NCBI GenBank assembly: GCA_002269645.1 | Contig: NIVC01000142.1 | Span: 682,001 to 746,000 of the forward strand | Length of the DNA: 64,000 nucleotides | Source of the DNA: Macrostomum lignano | Lineage: Eukaryota | Reading direction: 5' to 3' | Shown: one piece after another, positions 23,951-37,900 of the stretch | Layout of the letters: each line of letters starts with the position of its first letter | Position numbering within the stretch: position 1 is the stretch's first letter | Made by a program: the position numbers and the translations under genes | The notes under the pieces: generated by a model | What the model was told of the DNA's origin: nothing | The model's database searches: none | Seen by the model: only the letters and a program-made list of their open reading frames with translations

Positions 23951-25755
23951 CTTCCATCAGTCAAATCAAAATATCTAGTCCATTTTTCACCAAGCAGCTT
24001 TCTAACTATTTTAGCTACAGTAGTAACTATTATCCAAAAGTTGAAATTTCTGTAAAAAAACTTCTCAAACTCGAGCACAGGCTCGGTCAATGGCCAGCGA
24101 GACGCCAGCGCAGGCCGCACCTGCTAAAATGCGTGAGCACGCCTTGAACCGGAGCGAGGTGGGAGAGAGAGAGAGAGAGAGAGAAAGTGATCGGGGCTGA
24201 GAGAGGCGGAGGTGCCAGGCCCGCGCGCGCAGGCTGGGGATGAAAAGCTCTCGAGGTTCTCCCTATAGCTTGTTGCAAAATTCGGCGCTGGACGGGGGGC
24301 CCATTAGCCAATTATGCGCAAATGACCGAATAATCACCTGCAGGCAGGTGAGCCCTCTCCTTTTCTAAGCCGTGCGCTAAGCCCGGGGAGCGGGGTTGCA
24401 GATTGCCATCTACCTACCTTTATTATTTCGTCTTCCCCTCTTCTCTGTCTTTCGCCTCTTTTCCCGGGAGGCGAAAGGTCTCCCTCATCCAGCTGTCTGA
24501 CTGCGCTCCACCCCTTCATTTCCAGTGCTGCAGGAGGCCGGTGTGTGTGTCTGTGTAAGTTGAGCTCCGAGTGCATGCATGTTGCGTGTGTGAGAGGCGG
24601 GGAGGGAGACATCTTAGGTAACGTCAGGCAGCCGGCACCTAGAGGGGCTGCTTGCGACGGCAGCTTTGAAGTTCGCGGCACACACAGTGGGGGGGGGGTT
24701 GGCGGGCAGACAGACAAACGCGAGGAGCAGCGCAGAAGCGGCCGCAGCTCTTGAGGGAGCAGCCAGTCGAAGAGAGCCGAGCAAGGCGGCTCAAAGTCGT
24801 CGCATAACAGACTCACACAGAGATTGGGAGCGGGCAGCGGCCCTCCTTGCCCATCGCCGGCTCTTCTCTCTTTAGATGTTGCATTCCCCCAGCTTCCTGC
24901 TCCCAATCGGGACGGGCCAATCGCTCGCTACAGATGGCCAGCCTCCTGCGCGATGAAGGAGGAGCTGTGGAAAATAAATAGAGGCCAGCGCCTGGCAACA
25001 CGGGCAGGGATAACAGACTGGAGAAGTTTGTCCCGGACCCGTGCCGGACCCCTGAGCTTAATTAGCCGAGTTTGACTCGCCATTTGCACCCATCACCCAT
25101 TTGACGGCAGCGGCCGAGCAGTCTGCCCGGGAGTTCCGCTTCCTGTCTCGACTCGATCGAGAATTAATGAAGGCAGCGCGAGCCTGACCGCAGCACTCAT
25201 CTGAGCAGCGGGGCGCCAATTTATCCAAAGGTTTGAGCAGACTCTCGCAGTTTCTGGGTCCCGCTGGACTTTGCATAAACGGATTAGGCGGCCATGCAGC
25301 GGGCAGGCAATCCACGCGGCCTCGGCCAGTGCGGGTTGCTCGTATGGATAGATAGATTTCAAATCGCAAACAAACTAAGCCGCTGAGACGCTGTAGCACA
25401 CGTGATCACGTGACCCCGTGTCCTGTACCTTCTCACTGCCCCCCCCCCAGTCTGGTCAGCTCCTCCTTGGTTGCTAATTATTTCTCTGCCCCGGCTCGCC
25501 TCAGCGTCTTGCTGGGACAAAGCGGGCTTTTGCTTTTAGAAAAGAAGAAGCTGGCAAGAGCAAAATCGCCGCTCCCCAACCCCCCCCCCCTCTTCGCGAA
25601 AGCCGAGCCGCTCCGGGCAGGCCAAATCTTCACTTTGCTGTCCCTCTCTTCTAATGCGGCTTTAAGCCACGGCTGAAGCAGTGAGCTCGGCCGAGGTCTA
25701 ACTGCTCACTCGCCGCCTGCCTCCCCCCACCCCGGGGCAGATCTCGCCGAGCACG

Positions 25756-28700
25756 ATGAGCTTCGCCAGCCAGGAGGCGAGTCCCGTCAAGCCCAGCCTG
25801 CTGACCGTGGTGAACTCGCACAAAATTCTGCGGGCTCGTCAGTCCACTTTCACGCCAGACGGCCTGCAGCGCCTGCGCCAGTTCGGGCTTGAGGCCGCCT
25901 GCGGCTGCGCCCGCTGCTGCGGCGCCAACGGCGGCTTCGCTTCCCCCGGCGACAATGACAGCTGCGAGAAGTCGCGGGCGAAGTGGCAGCTCCAGCTGGA
26001 GCCGCGCGACATTCAGCTGCCCGACTTCGCCTGCGAGGTACGACAGCAGCCGGTGGATGAAGATGATGAAGACAACCATGCTGACATCGGCGAGGACGCC
26101 GACGTGGACGCGGAAGTCGCTGATAGCCGCCGACTCGCCGTCCTGGCCGACTGCTTTCTGCTGCTGCTGCGCGCCGGTCCCCGCGCCGCGGCTGCCGTCG
26201 GGGACCTCGCCGAGCAGGCCGAGCTGGGACTCTGCCGGGCGCACTGGACGGCCATCGTTGCCTCGGCGGATTCCGTCATGCACGAGGCCACCGTCTGCCT
26301 TCGAGGGGTTCGGCTTGAAGCTGCCGACGGTCCCCTCGGCGGCTGGGTTCGCCTGGCTTGGCCCGGCGAGGGATGCCAGCCTGGGGTGCAGCTGGAGCCG
26401 CTGTCCTGCAGTGCGGCCACCCTGCTGGAGCTGCTGCTGGCCGCCAGCCAGCTGGACGCCCGCGGCCTACTGGCCCAGCTGCCGCCCGAGCCCGGCCTGA
26501 TGGCCCTCGCCGCCGCTGAATTCCAGGCCGGCAGCAGCTCGCAGCCGCACTCGCCAGTTTCGATGCCGCACCCGCCGACGCTGATGCTGCCGTTGGTCAG
26601 CCAGCAGTCGGCGCAGGCCGCATCGGCCGCCGGCCAGCTGCCGCCGCAGTCGCCGCACGCGCAGGCCTCGACGCTGCTGCAGTCGCCTCTTGGCCAGCAG
26701 CCGCGGTCGCCGCGGTTTTTCAAGCGCAAATTCGACTCGCTGTGGGCCTTCTTCGGCACCGGCGGGGCGCCGGTCGCCCAGCCGTCGCGGATGTTCTACG
26801 CGGCGCTGAGCCGGCCGGAGCTCGAGTCCTGCCTGCACGTGGCGCGGAAGCCGCGGGCGCGCCGGCAGAAGCTCTGGTCGGTGCTGCACACCCGGACGCT
26901 GTACTTTTTCAAGCAGCGCTCCGCCGCCTGCAACGCCGAATTCGAGGTTGACCTGGAGAACCTCACCGGCCTGGAGGTCACCGAGGACGCGGCGGCCAAG
27001 GATGCGGCCAGGCGGGACCCGCTCTCACCCTGCGGCCTGCGCACGGTCACCCTCCGGTTCTCCAACTCGAAGAAGTGCGTCTACCTGACCCCGCTGGACA
27101 AGTTCGACCTGCGCCGCTGGGTTGACAGCTTTGAGCGTCTGTTGAACGGCGCTAGCGGCGGCGGCGGCTCGGTTGGCACCCCGGATGAGGACGCGGCCGG
27201 CCGCCTTCAGGCGCGGCGATTGTCCGGCCTGAGCAACTCCTTCCACAATCTGTCCTCGGCCGGGGCCAGCCGGCCGGCTTCTCCGCCGTCCATGGCGGCC
27301 GGCGGCACGGCGGGTGCGGGCGGCGGGGCTGGAGGCGGCGGGGCTGGAGGCGGCGGAAAAGTGGCTGGCAAGGACGGCCGGCTCGGGGTGCCCTCGGTGA
27401 GGAGGGCAATCAGGCCTGTAAACTTTTGACAGATTAGCGTTAATCCGGTATAATTAAGGTCTTAAAAAGAGCCGGGGGTAAACGACGAGAGTAACTGTGA
27501 CCGTAATTGGTTTGTACGAGCGTAAAATGCTTCTTCATCCAATGTTTTCAACGGTAATTTTTTTGCAGAATCTGAACAATCGAGAAATGATGGCTTCCTG
27601 CAACAATTTAGATGAGCTGAGCGGCCGGCGTGAGTTACAATAATACCTGCGTAGTTTTTATATTTCGATATGTTTCGTATTCTACTTAATGGGCTGTAAA
27701 ACTAACACTTCTAGTAAAACTGAGCATAGGATACCCCGGATATCCCACAGCGCATGTAATGAACCAATACCCCATCTCATGGAATACCCAGCTCTTGGAA
27801 TACCCCATCTCATGGAATACCCCAGCTCGTGGAATACCTCATCTCATGGAATACCCCATCTCATGGAATACCCCAGCTCGTGGAATACCCCATCTCATGG
27901 AATACCTGAGCTCATGGAATACCCAAGCTCGTGGAATACGGCACCGGCTCGAGAAATACCCCAGCTCATGGAATACCCCAGCTCGAGAAATACCCCAGCT
28001 CATGGAATACCCCAGCTCGTGGAATACCCCAGCTCATAGAATACCCCAGCTCATGGAATACCCCAGCTCATAGAATACCCCAGCTCATAGAATACCCCAG
28101 CTCATGGAATACCCCAGCTCGAGAAATACCCCAGCTCATGGAATACCCCAACTCGAGGAATACCCCAACTCATGGAATACCCCAGCTGGTGGAATACCCC
28201 AGCTCATGGAATACCCCAGCTCGAGGAATACCCCAGCTCATGGAATACCCCAGCTGGTGGAATACCCCAGCTCATGGAATACCCCAGCTCGAGGAATACC
28301 CCAGCTCATGGAATACTCCAGCTCGTGGAATACCCCAGCTCATGGAATACCCCAGCTCGAGGAATACCCCAGCTCATGGAATACCAACAGTTCAGAGTTT
28401 GCCGCCTCCGCAGAGTCCCCAGTCCGCAAGTTCAGTCCTGTCGGCCAGGCCGCCCTGCTGAGCCATCCGGACGGCGCCATGGCGGGCATGCCGATGCCCA
28501 TCATCACGGTGAACTGCAGCGATGATCTCAGCCCGCAGAGAGACTGCGACGATGAGGAGCAGGGAGAGGAGGACGCCGACTGCCAGGTCGGTTGGGGATC
28601 GGCTGCCGCGAACTCGATTCTACTCTCCCATCTACTCTCCCATCTACTCTCCCATCTACTCTCCCACCTACTCTCCCATCTACTTTCCCATCTACTCTCC

Positions 28701-30569
28701 CATCTACTCTCCCATCTACTCTCCCACCTACTCTCCCATCTACTTTCCCATCTACTCTCCCATCTACTCTCCCATCTACTCTCCCATCTACTTTCCCATC
28801 TACTTTCCCATCTACTTTCCCATCTACTCTCCCATCTACTTTCCCATCTACTCTCCCATCTACTCTCCCATCTACTCTCCCATCTACTCTCCCATCTACT
28901 CCCCCATCTACTTTCCCATCTACTCTCCCATCTACTCTCCCATCTACTCTCCCATCTACTCTCCCATCTACTCCCCCATCTACTTTCCCATCTACTCTCC
29001 CATCTACTCTCCTATATACTCTCCCATCTACTCTCCTATTTACTCTCCCATCTACTCTCCCATCTATTCCCCTATCTACTTTCCCATCTACGAGTACTCT
29101 CCCATCTACTCTCCCATCTACTCTCCCATCTACTCTCCCATCTACTCCCCCATCTACTTTCCCATCTACTCTCCCATCTACTCTCCTATATACTCTCCCA
29201 TCTACTCTCCTATTTACTCTCCCATCTACTCTCCCATCTATTCCCCTATCTACTTTCCCATCTACGAGTACTCTCCCATCTACTTTCCCATCTACTCTCC
29301 CATCTACTCTCCTATATACTCTCCCATCTACTCTCCCATCTACTTTCCCATCTACTCTCCCATCTACTCTCCTAAATACTCTCCCATCTACTCTCCCATC
29401 TACTCTCCCATCTACTCTGCTATTTACCCTCCCATCTACTCTCCCATCTATTCCCCTATCTACTCTCCCATCTACTCTCCCATCTATTCCCCTATCTACT
29501 CTCCCATCTACTCTCCTATTTACTCTCCCATCTATACTCCTTCCATCTATTCTTACCATCTACACTCCATCTAATCCTCTCATCTACTCCTCCCATCTAC
29601 TCCTCCCATCTACTCTTCCTATCTAAACTCCCATCTAATTCGTAATCTTCCCGTGGGTTTATACTTTTCTGTCGTGGTGTTATATCACTCAATTCTACCA
29701 CTCTACCACCATACTTTCGCTCTGCTAACCCAATGATATAAAAAACAATGCCAGTTTTTGTACCCCTTCTATACCCCTTCATCTGCAGCTAAAGAAGCTG
29801 GAAATCTGGCGTTCCTCATCCGAATCGGTCGACCAGCTCACGCCGGAGGAGATCGCCGAGCTGAGACGGCGTCGAATCTCCACGGAAATTCAGGTGAAAG
29901 ATGGGTCAGAGTGATGAGTCAGAGTGATGTGTCAGAGTGTTGGGTCAGGAAGATGGGTCAGAGTGATGTGTCAGAGTGATGTGTCAGAGTGTTGGGTCAG
30001 GATGATGAGTCAGAGTGATGGGTCAGGAAGATGAGTCAGGAAGATGAGTCAGAGTGATGTTCAGAGTGATGGGTCAGGAATATGGGTCAGGAAGATGGGT
30101 CAGAGTGATGGGTCAGAGTGATGGGTCAGAGTGATGGGTCAGAGTGATGTTCAGGATGATGGGTCAGAGTGTTGGGTCAGGGTGATAGGCCAGAGTGATG
30201 TTCAGGATGATGGGTCAGAGTGTTGGGTCAGAGTGATGGGTCAGAGTGATGGTCAGAGTGATGGGTCAGAGTGATGGTCAGAGTGATGGGTCAGAGGGAT
30301 GGTCAGGATGATAGGCCAGAGTGACAGGCCCTAGCCTCCATGAGCACCCACCTAAGACAATGCAACAATTATTGCAGCTGCAAAGCCTGCAGTCGGAGAT
30401 CAAGAAGCGCGAAGAGCACCTGTCAGCGAAGCAGCTGCAGGCCTTGAACGTGCAGATGTCGGACATGTACGAGGACATCCAAGAGCTCAGCACCACGCTG
30501 GCCAAGGTGCAGAGAAAGCGGGGATCGGGTGGCGGCTTCTTTGCTAACTTGAAAAAGAAAAGCTTCTAA
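25756..30569 (+). CDS. Unassigned PH-domain protein with C-terminal coiled coil (exons 25756-27396, 27569-27629, 28396-28586, 29789-29893, 30378-30569)
   Basis: GC3-rich 1.6-kb exon with a PH-like signature ([27 protein letters not shown] ... [22 protein letters not shown]). Four further exons with GT/AG sites join in frame (phases 0,1,0,0) and end ...[12 protein letters not shown]. An AG at 25739-25740 means the start may lie in an upstream exon. Confidence 0.75.
27740..28385. repeat. About 20-bp intronic minisatellite (GGAATACCCCAGCTCRT core)
   Basis: Intron 2 of the PH gene. Confidence 0.9.
28620..29635. repeat. 12-bp intronic minisatellite (CTACTCTCCCAT)
   Basis: Intron 3 of the PH gene. 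Confidence 0.93.
29900..30325. repeat. About 13-bp degenerate intronic repeat (GGGTCAGAGTGAT)
   Basis: Intron 4 of the PH gene. Confidence 0.88.
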
Positions 30570-31659
30570 AACTGTCAGAGTCACTCTGCCGCTCACTCCG
30601 GCTGTCATTCCGATAGTCACTCTGACAGTCACTCCAAAGAATTGAGGTGAAGAGAGGCATTGGGTGTACAAACAAATATACAGGCAGCAGTTAGATGGAG
30701 GAGGGAATGGTGGAATTCACAGACATACATGCAAGTAATTTAAAGACATGCACACATTAGAAAGAGATTCTATATAGCTATGTATACACATACATAATTG
30801 AGGGAATTTATCGGCATAAGATAGACACAGATAGACATTAGGGACAGACAGGCATTAGACACAGATGGACATTAGAGACAGAAAGGCATTAGACACAGAT
30901 GGACATTAGAGACAGACAGGCATTAGACACAGACAGACATTAGACTCAGATAGACATTAGGGACAGGGGCAGACAGACATCAGACACAGGAATATATAAG
31001 CATAGCCGCAGATGTATATATTGAATATATGGACAGTCGGACATTCGATCAAGGCAGACAGGCATTACATGCAGAATCAGATAGACTTTATACGAAGATT
31101 CCAGTGAAGAGATCGAAAGCAAGAGAAGGCCGGCATGGTTCAGTATGATTTATCATGCTCTATACTGTGTCGCGAGCCTCTCTCTTTGACAAGTCGGCTC
31201 AAAGCGCTGCACGACTGAGGACTCTTGGGATGGGATGCCAGAAGGGGTGCGGGAGGTTCCTTGACTTCTCTTGCTGCTTCTGTGAGCAGAATCTGAAGTG
31301 GGAGCAAATATAGCGCTGATCCTGCCCTATCCCAGTCCTCTCTCCCACTGTGGATACCGACTCAGTCTGCTCACTCATGCTGTGCCGGATCTAAATGAAT
31401 TGACACTTTCTTTGTCTTAATTCTACTGCGAATATACGTTCGTACATGTTACAAGCTCCCTTACCCTAAAACTCTTGTCTTGCACTGTTATAAATACACA
31501 ACCGCATTGCGAACAAAGTAATATTAAGTATTAATACTATCATTGTGAGTTAATCACGATATACTAAATTTCAGTGTTTGATTCGTATTAAATTTATCTG
31601 TGATTTAGCACGTATGTGATCAACATCTAGCATGTACATGTACTACATGTACATGTATG

Positions 31660-32175
31660 TTATCCAGCATGTCCCTGGCTCCCATCCAGCATGTCCCTGG
31701 CTGCCATCCAGCATGTACCTGGCTCTCCAGCATGTCCCTGACTCCCATCCAGCATGTCCCTGACTCCCATCCAGCATGTCCCTGACTCCCATCCAGCATG
31801 TCCCTGACTCCCATCCAGCATGTCCCTGACTCCCATCCAGCATGTCCCTGACTCCCATCCAGCATGTCCCTGACTCCCATCCAGCATGTCCCAGACTCCC
31901 ATCCAGCATGTCCCAGACTCCCATCCAGCATGTCCCTGGCTCCCATCCAGCATGTCCCTGGCTGCCATCCAGCATGTACCTGGCTCTCCAGCATGTCCCT
32001 GACTCCCATCCAGCATGTCCCTGACTCCCATCCAGCATGTCCCTGACTCCCATCCAGCATGTCCCTGACTCCCATCCAGCATGTCCCAGACTCCCATCCA
32101 GCATGTCCCTGACTCCCATCCAGCATGTCCCTGACTCTCATCCAGCATGTCCCTCTTACCTGACTCTCATCCAGC
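31660..32175. repeat. 22-bp minisatellite (CATCCAGCATGTCCCTGACTCC)
   Basis: Tandem units. Confidence 0.93.
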
Positions 32176-32639
32176 CTGATCATGACTCATCTCGGAGACA
32201 CACTGTGCCCCCAGGCAGTTTAAAAGTGGCCTGTTAGGCATTGATGCCCCAAGCTAATATTTATCTTTTGTTAGACCAAAAAAATTTACATTCGTTGTCT
32301 CTATTTGCAGTAGTATAGCGCGGTATCTCGAACCAATCTACCAATGTTATTTAATATTTATTTAGGTTTCCCAAAGTCATTTGAATTCATTTTTGCAATG
32401 GATTCTTGATAGTACTCTCGAAGAAGTTCTCAATTGAGCTGCCAAATAAATTATTTCAACCAGCCTGAAATCTGCATCATGCAAACTGAAGTTGCTGGGA
32501 CTGCAGAGTTGTGACTTTCGTGAAGCACAATAACTCATTGTGACCTGGTGAGTGGCGCGAAATTCATACTTCATTTTATTAGTGTTAATGCCGAGCCATC
32601 ACCAGGCTTCCGTGAAGGTTTAGATATTTCATCTATACT

Positions 32640-33670
32640 TTTACATTTACATCTAGCTGCCGTCTCATTTATATCTAGCTTCCGTCTAATTTACATATAG
32701 CTGCCGTCTAATTTACATCTAGCTACCGTGTACTTTACATCTAGCTACCGTCTCATTTACATCTAGCTGTGATCTCATTTACATCTAGCTTCCGACTCAT
32801 TTACATCTAGCTACCGTCTCATTTACATCTAGCTACCGTCTCATTTACATCTATACTAGCAGCTACCGTGTACTTTACATCTAGCTACCGTCTACTTTAC
32901 ATCTAGCTGTCATCTCATCTACATCCAGCTGCCGTCTAATTTACATCTAGCTGCCGTCTACTTTACATCTAGCTACCGTCTACTCTACATCTAGCTACCC
33001 TGTACTTTACATCTAGCTACCCTGTACTTTACATCTAGCTACCGTGTACTTTACATCTACCATCTAATTTACATCTAGCTGCCGTCTTATTTACATCTAG
33101 CTGTCATCTCTTCTACATCCAGCTGCCGTCTAATTTACATCTAGCTGCCGTCTCACTTACATCTAGCTGTCTTCTCATTTAAGTCTAGCTGCCATCTCAT
33201 TTACACCTAGATACCGTCTCAGGTGTTAAATTGTGGACAAGAGTCAGTGTGTAAGGCTAGTCAAGAACTCTCATGGCTTAAACTGGCCCAGCCCCGATTT
33301 ATATTTAACTAAGTGAGCGATGTACATTGTAGAACGTACACAAAGCCAGTGCACATAAATGAAGCATTTTAGCATTATTGAATGGATGGATTGAGCTCTC
33401 AGTAAAACCAAATCGCCCGATATATCGATACACAATGCAATACACAACATCAAGGTTCATCTAGCTACCGTCTTATTTACATCTAGCTACCGTCTCATTT
33501 ACATCTAGCTACCGTCTTATTTACATCTAGCTACCGTCTCATTTACATCTAGCTACCGTCTTATTTACATCTAGCTACCGTCTCATTTACATCTAGCTAC
33601 CGTCTAATTTACATCTAGCTACCGTCTAATTTACATCTAGCTACCGTCTAATTTACATCTAGCTGCCATC
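32640..33670. repeat. 22-bp minisatellite (TTTACATCTAGCTACCGTCTCA) interrupted by about 240 bp of unique sequence (about 33222-33458)
   Basis: The same unit lies on both sides of the interruption. Confidence 0.88.
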
Positions 33671-34908
33671 TTAGAGCAGTTAGCATTAAGTATTAAGTAA
33701 GACAATAAAAATAACAAAGGCCAAAAAGACAGAATTTGCGTTTGCCAGATTTGCAGTTTATTCAGAGATGTTAATTAGCGAATTATTTGTTGCTGTTTGT
33801 CCTCACAAGAGCAGATTTCTCTTTTTTAGAAAACTCGCACGGGAACAGAAATTTCTTGCCAGTTCTGCTTTTAGTAATTCTCGCTTCAACGCTCGCGTCC
33901 TTATAACTTCCGCATCGGAGCGGCTATATCAAATAGGTCCATTTGAATGAGGGGGGCAGGGGCGGATCGACAGAAACACGAGAGATGATTCACACATACT
34001 CGACACAGACAAGGAGCGGCCACATCTAAGCCAAATAGTAAGACGAATAACAATTTTTGAATCTTAAATAATAACAAAAATAAAGTTCAGTTATCACATT
34101 GACTGACGGATTCCGGGGTGCGCTGGGCGGGGCGAACGCCTCAAGTTCATGCGCTACACAACAAGGCGACACAAGATAGGAACTGTTTAATCTAGACTTT
34201 GCTTAAAAATAGACACGGCTACGGGAAATCTGGGAGAAGTTAAGAATTGCGCAAATAATTCTACATAAGCGCCTTTCCCGCGATCACCACGTGCAGATAA
34301 TTTTACGAGTAAATGATTTTGATTTTGATTTTGATTTTCCAGCTCTACTAAGAGTGTTATTAATTTTCTGATTTTTTAAATCTATTTCTGCAGTGGCGCA
34401 AAAACATTTTTAAGGACCCAAATACAGACATCGCAAGCGGATAGAACGAGGACAGAGAGGCTGCGGTTGTGCTAAGTGCGCGTTAACATAAACCCGGAAA
34501 AGTGGTACATATAAATCTGATGGTAACAGTTACAGTAAAACAAAATAATAATATCAATAATATTTAGTTAGACGATTAGACAAATATTCGGAACAATAAA
34601 AATAGAATCTGCATTTCCATTCAGTTCTTTAATTTCCAAGTTCCTTGATCTGACAAGCGGGGCTGATCTAACAAAAATAGTTTCTTTTTCAAACGGACGA
34701 AAATGACGGAACAGCGACGAACAACACGCGAGCGACACGAATGACGAGGAGACAGAGTTGAGAGACTGGGCGGGAACGGAGAGGCCAGAATGAGGGCTGA
34801 CAGAGACAGATGCGGGGGCGTTAGAAATGAGAGCCAGATTCACTTGTCGGGGGCGTTCCAAAGGTCCGGTTATTTTTTTGCACAGCTGACGGTGCCGCTG
34901 GGCTCCGC

Positions 34909-37900
34909 TTACTCGGCGAGGCGGTGCCACTCGGCGATCTGCTTGCGCGGACAGTTCATGGCCTCCTGCCAGTGCTTGTCGGCCAGCTCGCCGCGGCCGA
35001 GGCCCAGCTCCAGGCGGCCGATCACTTCGTTCTTGGTGACTCGGTCCCAGTCCAGCACAAGCAGCTCCAGGGCCAGCTGGTGGAGGCCCTCGTTTGGCGG
35101 CACTTCAAACACGAACGATTCGTTGTAGACTGGATTCAGCGTGCGCTTCTTCACGTGGGTCTTCTTCTTGGCGATCCGCTGCCCGTTGTACTGCAGGTAG
35201 AGCTTCACGTAGGGGTCGCCTGGGGGGGATTTTCAGTTGGTTAATTCATTGTCAAACGGACTCGAACTACCCAAACTTGTCCTAAGCGTTTATAGCAACA
35301 ACGTTTCACGCAGATAGCATTCGAGAACGTTGCGATATCCAACGATAACCTCGGTATTATGTAAACCACCTGTGTTATTATATTTTCGCGCATATGCCTT
35401 TTCTGGCCTCCACCTGATTAAACACTATCAAATGTTCCTCTTCGAACCTATATGAAGTGGTGACTGTGTACATAATCTATGCGATGTGCCTGCCCGGATG
35501 TAGACTGCGGCTTCACTCGGTCTGACATCGCAAAGTTAAAAAGTGTCTCCCAAAAGCGTAGTATTGTACTGTCTGTTATCGAACTGTGTTGATTGATTGA
35601 TGCATCATCAATGTCTGTGGACAAAATGCTGTAACCAACCTTGAGCAGCACGACAGACTTAAATGGAACAAGGCCTGTCCAATGTATTTGTCATTTGTCG
35701 AATCAGCATCTATTCCGCCCGCCCAGAGGTGAACTGAAACCCCGAGGTCTTATGTTCAGATATATTTTATGCCTGCTGTTACACACAGAGCTAGAGGACT
35801 GAGCTAGACTCTGAGCCGGAGGCCGCTCCTGCAGCCCCTAGGGCATTCGATGTCGCTGTGAGGAGCCGCTAGAGCCAAAGGAAAGTGTATTAATAAAAGA
35901 ATATTATGTAAAGGCGACAGAAGCGGAAGAAGCGCTAAGATGCTGCACAGATCTAAAGTGAGAGGGGAGGCAGGCAGAAAAGAGGATTGTGGGGCAAATT
36001 AGAATAAGTGCGCTAGAGGGGAAAGCCGCAACGGAGATGGCAGAGTGAGTGGAGGCTGCACGCGCCCATTCAAGCAACTCTGGGGCTTCTGTCTCTCCTG
36101 ACCGCCGGCTTTATGCAGCCCCTCCCCCTCCCATGCTCCTGTCAGCTCCCCTTTGCCAGTTGCTTACTTCCACAGTGATCTGTTTCATAGCAAAGCATAT
36201 AGCAGAGCAGGTATTCTCGCTCAGCCCGCGCCCTCCCTTGCGTGCCTCACGCGAATTCGACTCGAGGCTGGACAAAACGCTCTCTCTGATCGCTTTTCGC
36301 TTAAAAGCGGCACCCACCCACTCAGCAATCAGCCCAATATCCGTTCGAGGGTCGCGTACCTTTCCTGATTGCAGTCTCAGGCCCTTCCTGTCTCACTCAG
36401 TCCCACTCACCAGCCAGTCCGGTCACGTCCATCTTCGGCAGGTTGCGGGCCTTCAGCACAACAACGGTCAGACGGTTAGCCGCAGGCTGGTGGCACAGGC
36501 TCACCAGCAGCTCGCCACGGTTCTGGTTCTTCACCTGGGTTTGGTGCGAAATTTCGGGAATTGAGGCTGGTTTCTTATAGTCCGACATAAGCGAGCGATA
36601 ATTATTTGCAGATCAGGCAAAATACAGCTTCAAAATCAGACACTCATAAAGAGATAATGATGCAGCGATAAGAGATAAGCGACGGTTAAATGGCTAAAGA
36701 TGCTCAGATAAGCGACGGTTAAATGGCTAAAGATGCTCAGATAAGCGACGGTTAAATGGCTAAAGTTACTGAGATAACCGCTAGGCTAAAGATGCTCAGA
36801 TAAGCGACGGTTAAATGGCTAAAGTTACTGAGATAAGCGACGGTTAAATGGCTAAAGTTACTGAGATAACCGCTAGGCTAAAGATGCTCAGATAAGCGAC
36901 GGTTAAATGGCTAAAGTTACTGAGATAAGCGACGGTTAAATGGCTAAAGTTACTGAGATAAGCGACGGTTAAATGGCTAAAGTTACTGAGATAAGCGACG
37001 GTTAACTGGCTAAAGTTACTGAGATAAGCGACGGTTAAATGGCTAAAGTTACTGAGATAAGCGATGGTTAAATGGCTAAAGTTACTGAGATAAGCGACGG
37101 TTAAGAGGCTAAAGTTACTGAGATAAGCGACGGTTAAATGGCTAAAGTTACTGAGATAAGCGACGGTTAAGAGGCTAAAGTTACTGAGATAAGCGACGGT
37201 TAACTGGCTAAAGTTACTGAGATAAGCGACGGTTAAATGGCTAAAGTTACTGAGATAAGCGATGGTTAAATGGCTAAAGTTACTGAGATAAGCGACGGTT
37301 AAATGGCTAAAGATGGTTCAAGATCGCTCGTACTGAGAAAAGGAATAAACTATGGAGTTCAGAGAACGCAACAAGCCAAGCACCTTGAACTGCCTCGGCT
37401 GAATCTCCCTGGTCACGCTCAGTAGGTCGTCCGTCTCCGTCTCGCCCATGGGGAACAGGACCTCCCCGATGATGTGGTCGCGCGAGAACCTGTCGAAGCT
37501 CAGCACAACAAAGTGCAGGCTGGCGGACTTCACCTGGGCCGGGCGCATCCCGTAGAAGCTGAACGTCTCCTCGTACACAGGGCTGCAGGTCTTGCGCAGC
37601 ACGCGGGTCTTCACTTTGTGCCGCTTCTCCGGCAGCAGCTGCAGCTTCACGTAAGGATCCGAGGAGCCCAGGTGGGCGTCCTTGGCCGGCAGGTCCTCGC
37701 AGCGGACGATGGTCACCAGCAGAGTTTGCTTGCACTTGTCGTACAGAACAGAGAAGGTCAAACTGCCCAGATTGCCGGCCGCCTCCTCCGCCTGCGGTCC
37801 CGTGTCGGACACCGGCGAGTTGCCCTCGGACATCATCTGCAGCGCGTCCGGGGTTGTCGGCGACTCGCCCTGCCGCTGCTGCTGCTGCTGCTGGCGCTGC

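Noticed and set aside
22452-25700. Short ORFs upstream of the PH gene
   Set aside because: No domain signatures or consistent splice structure; probably promoter, UTR or intron sequence.
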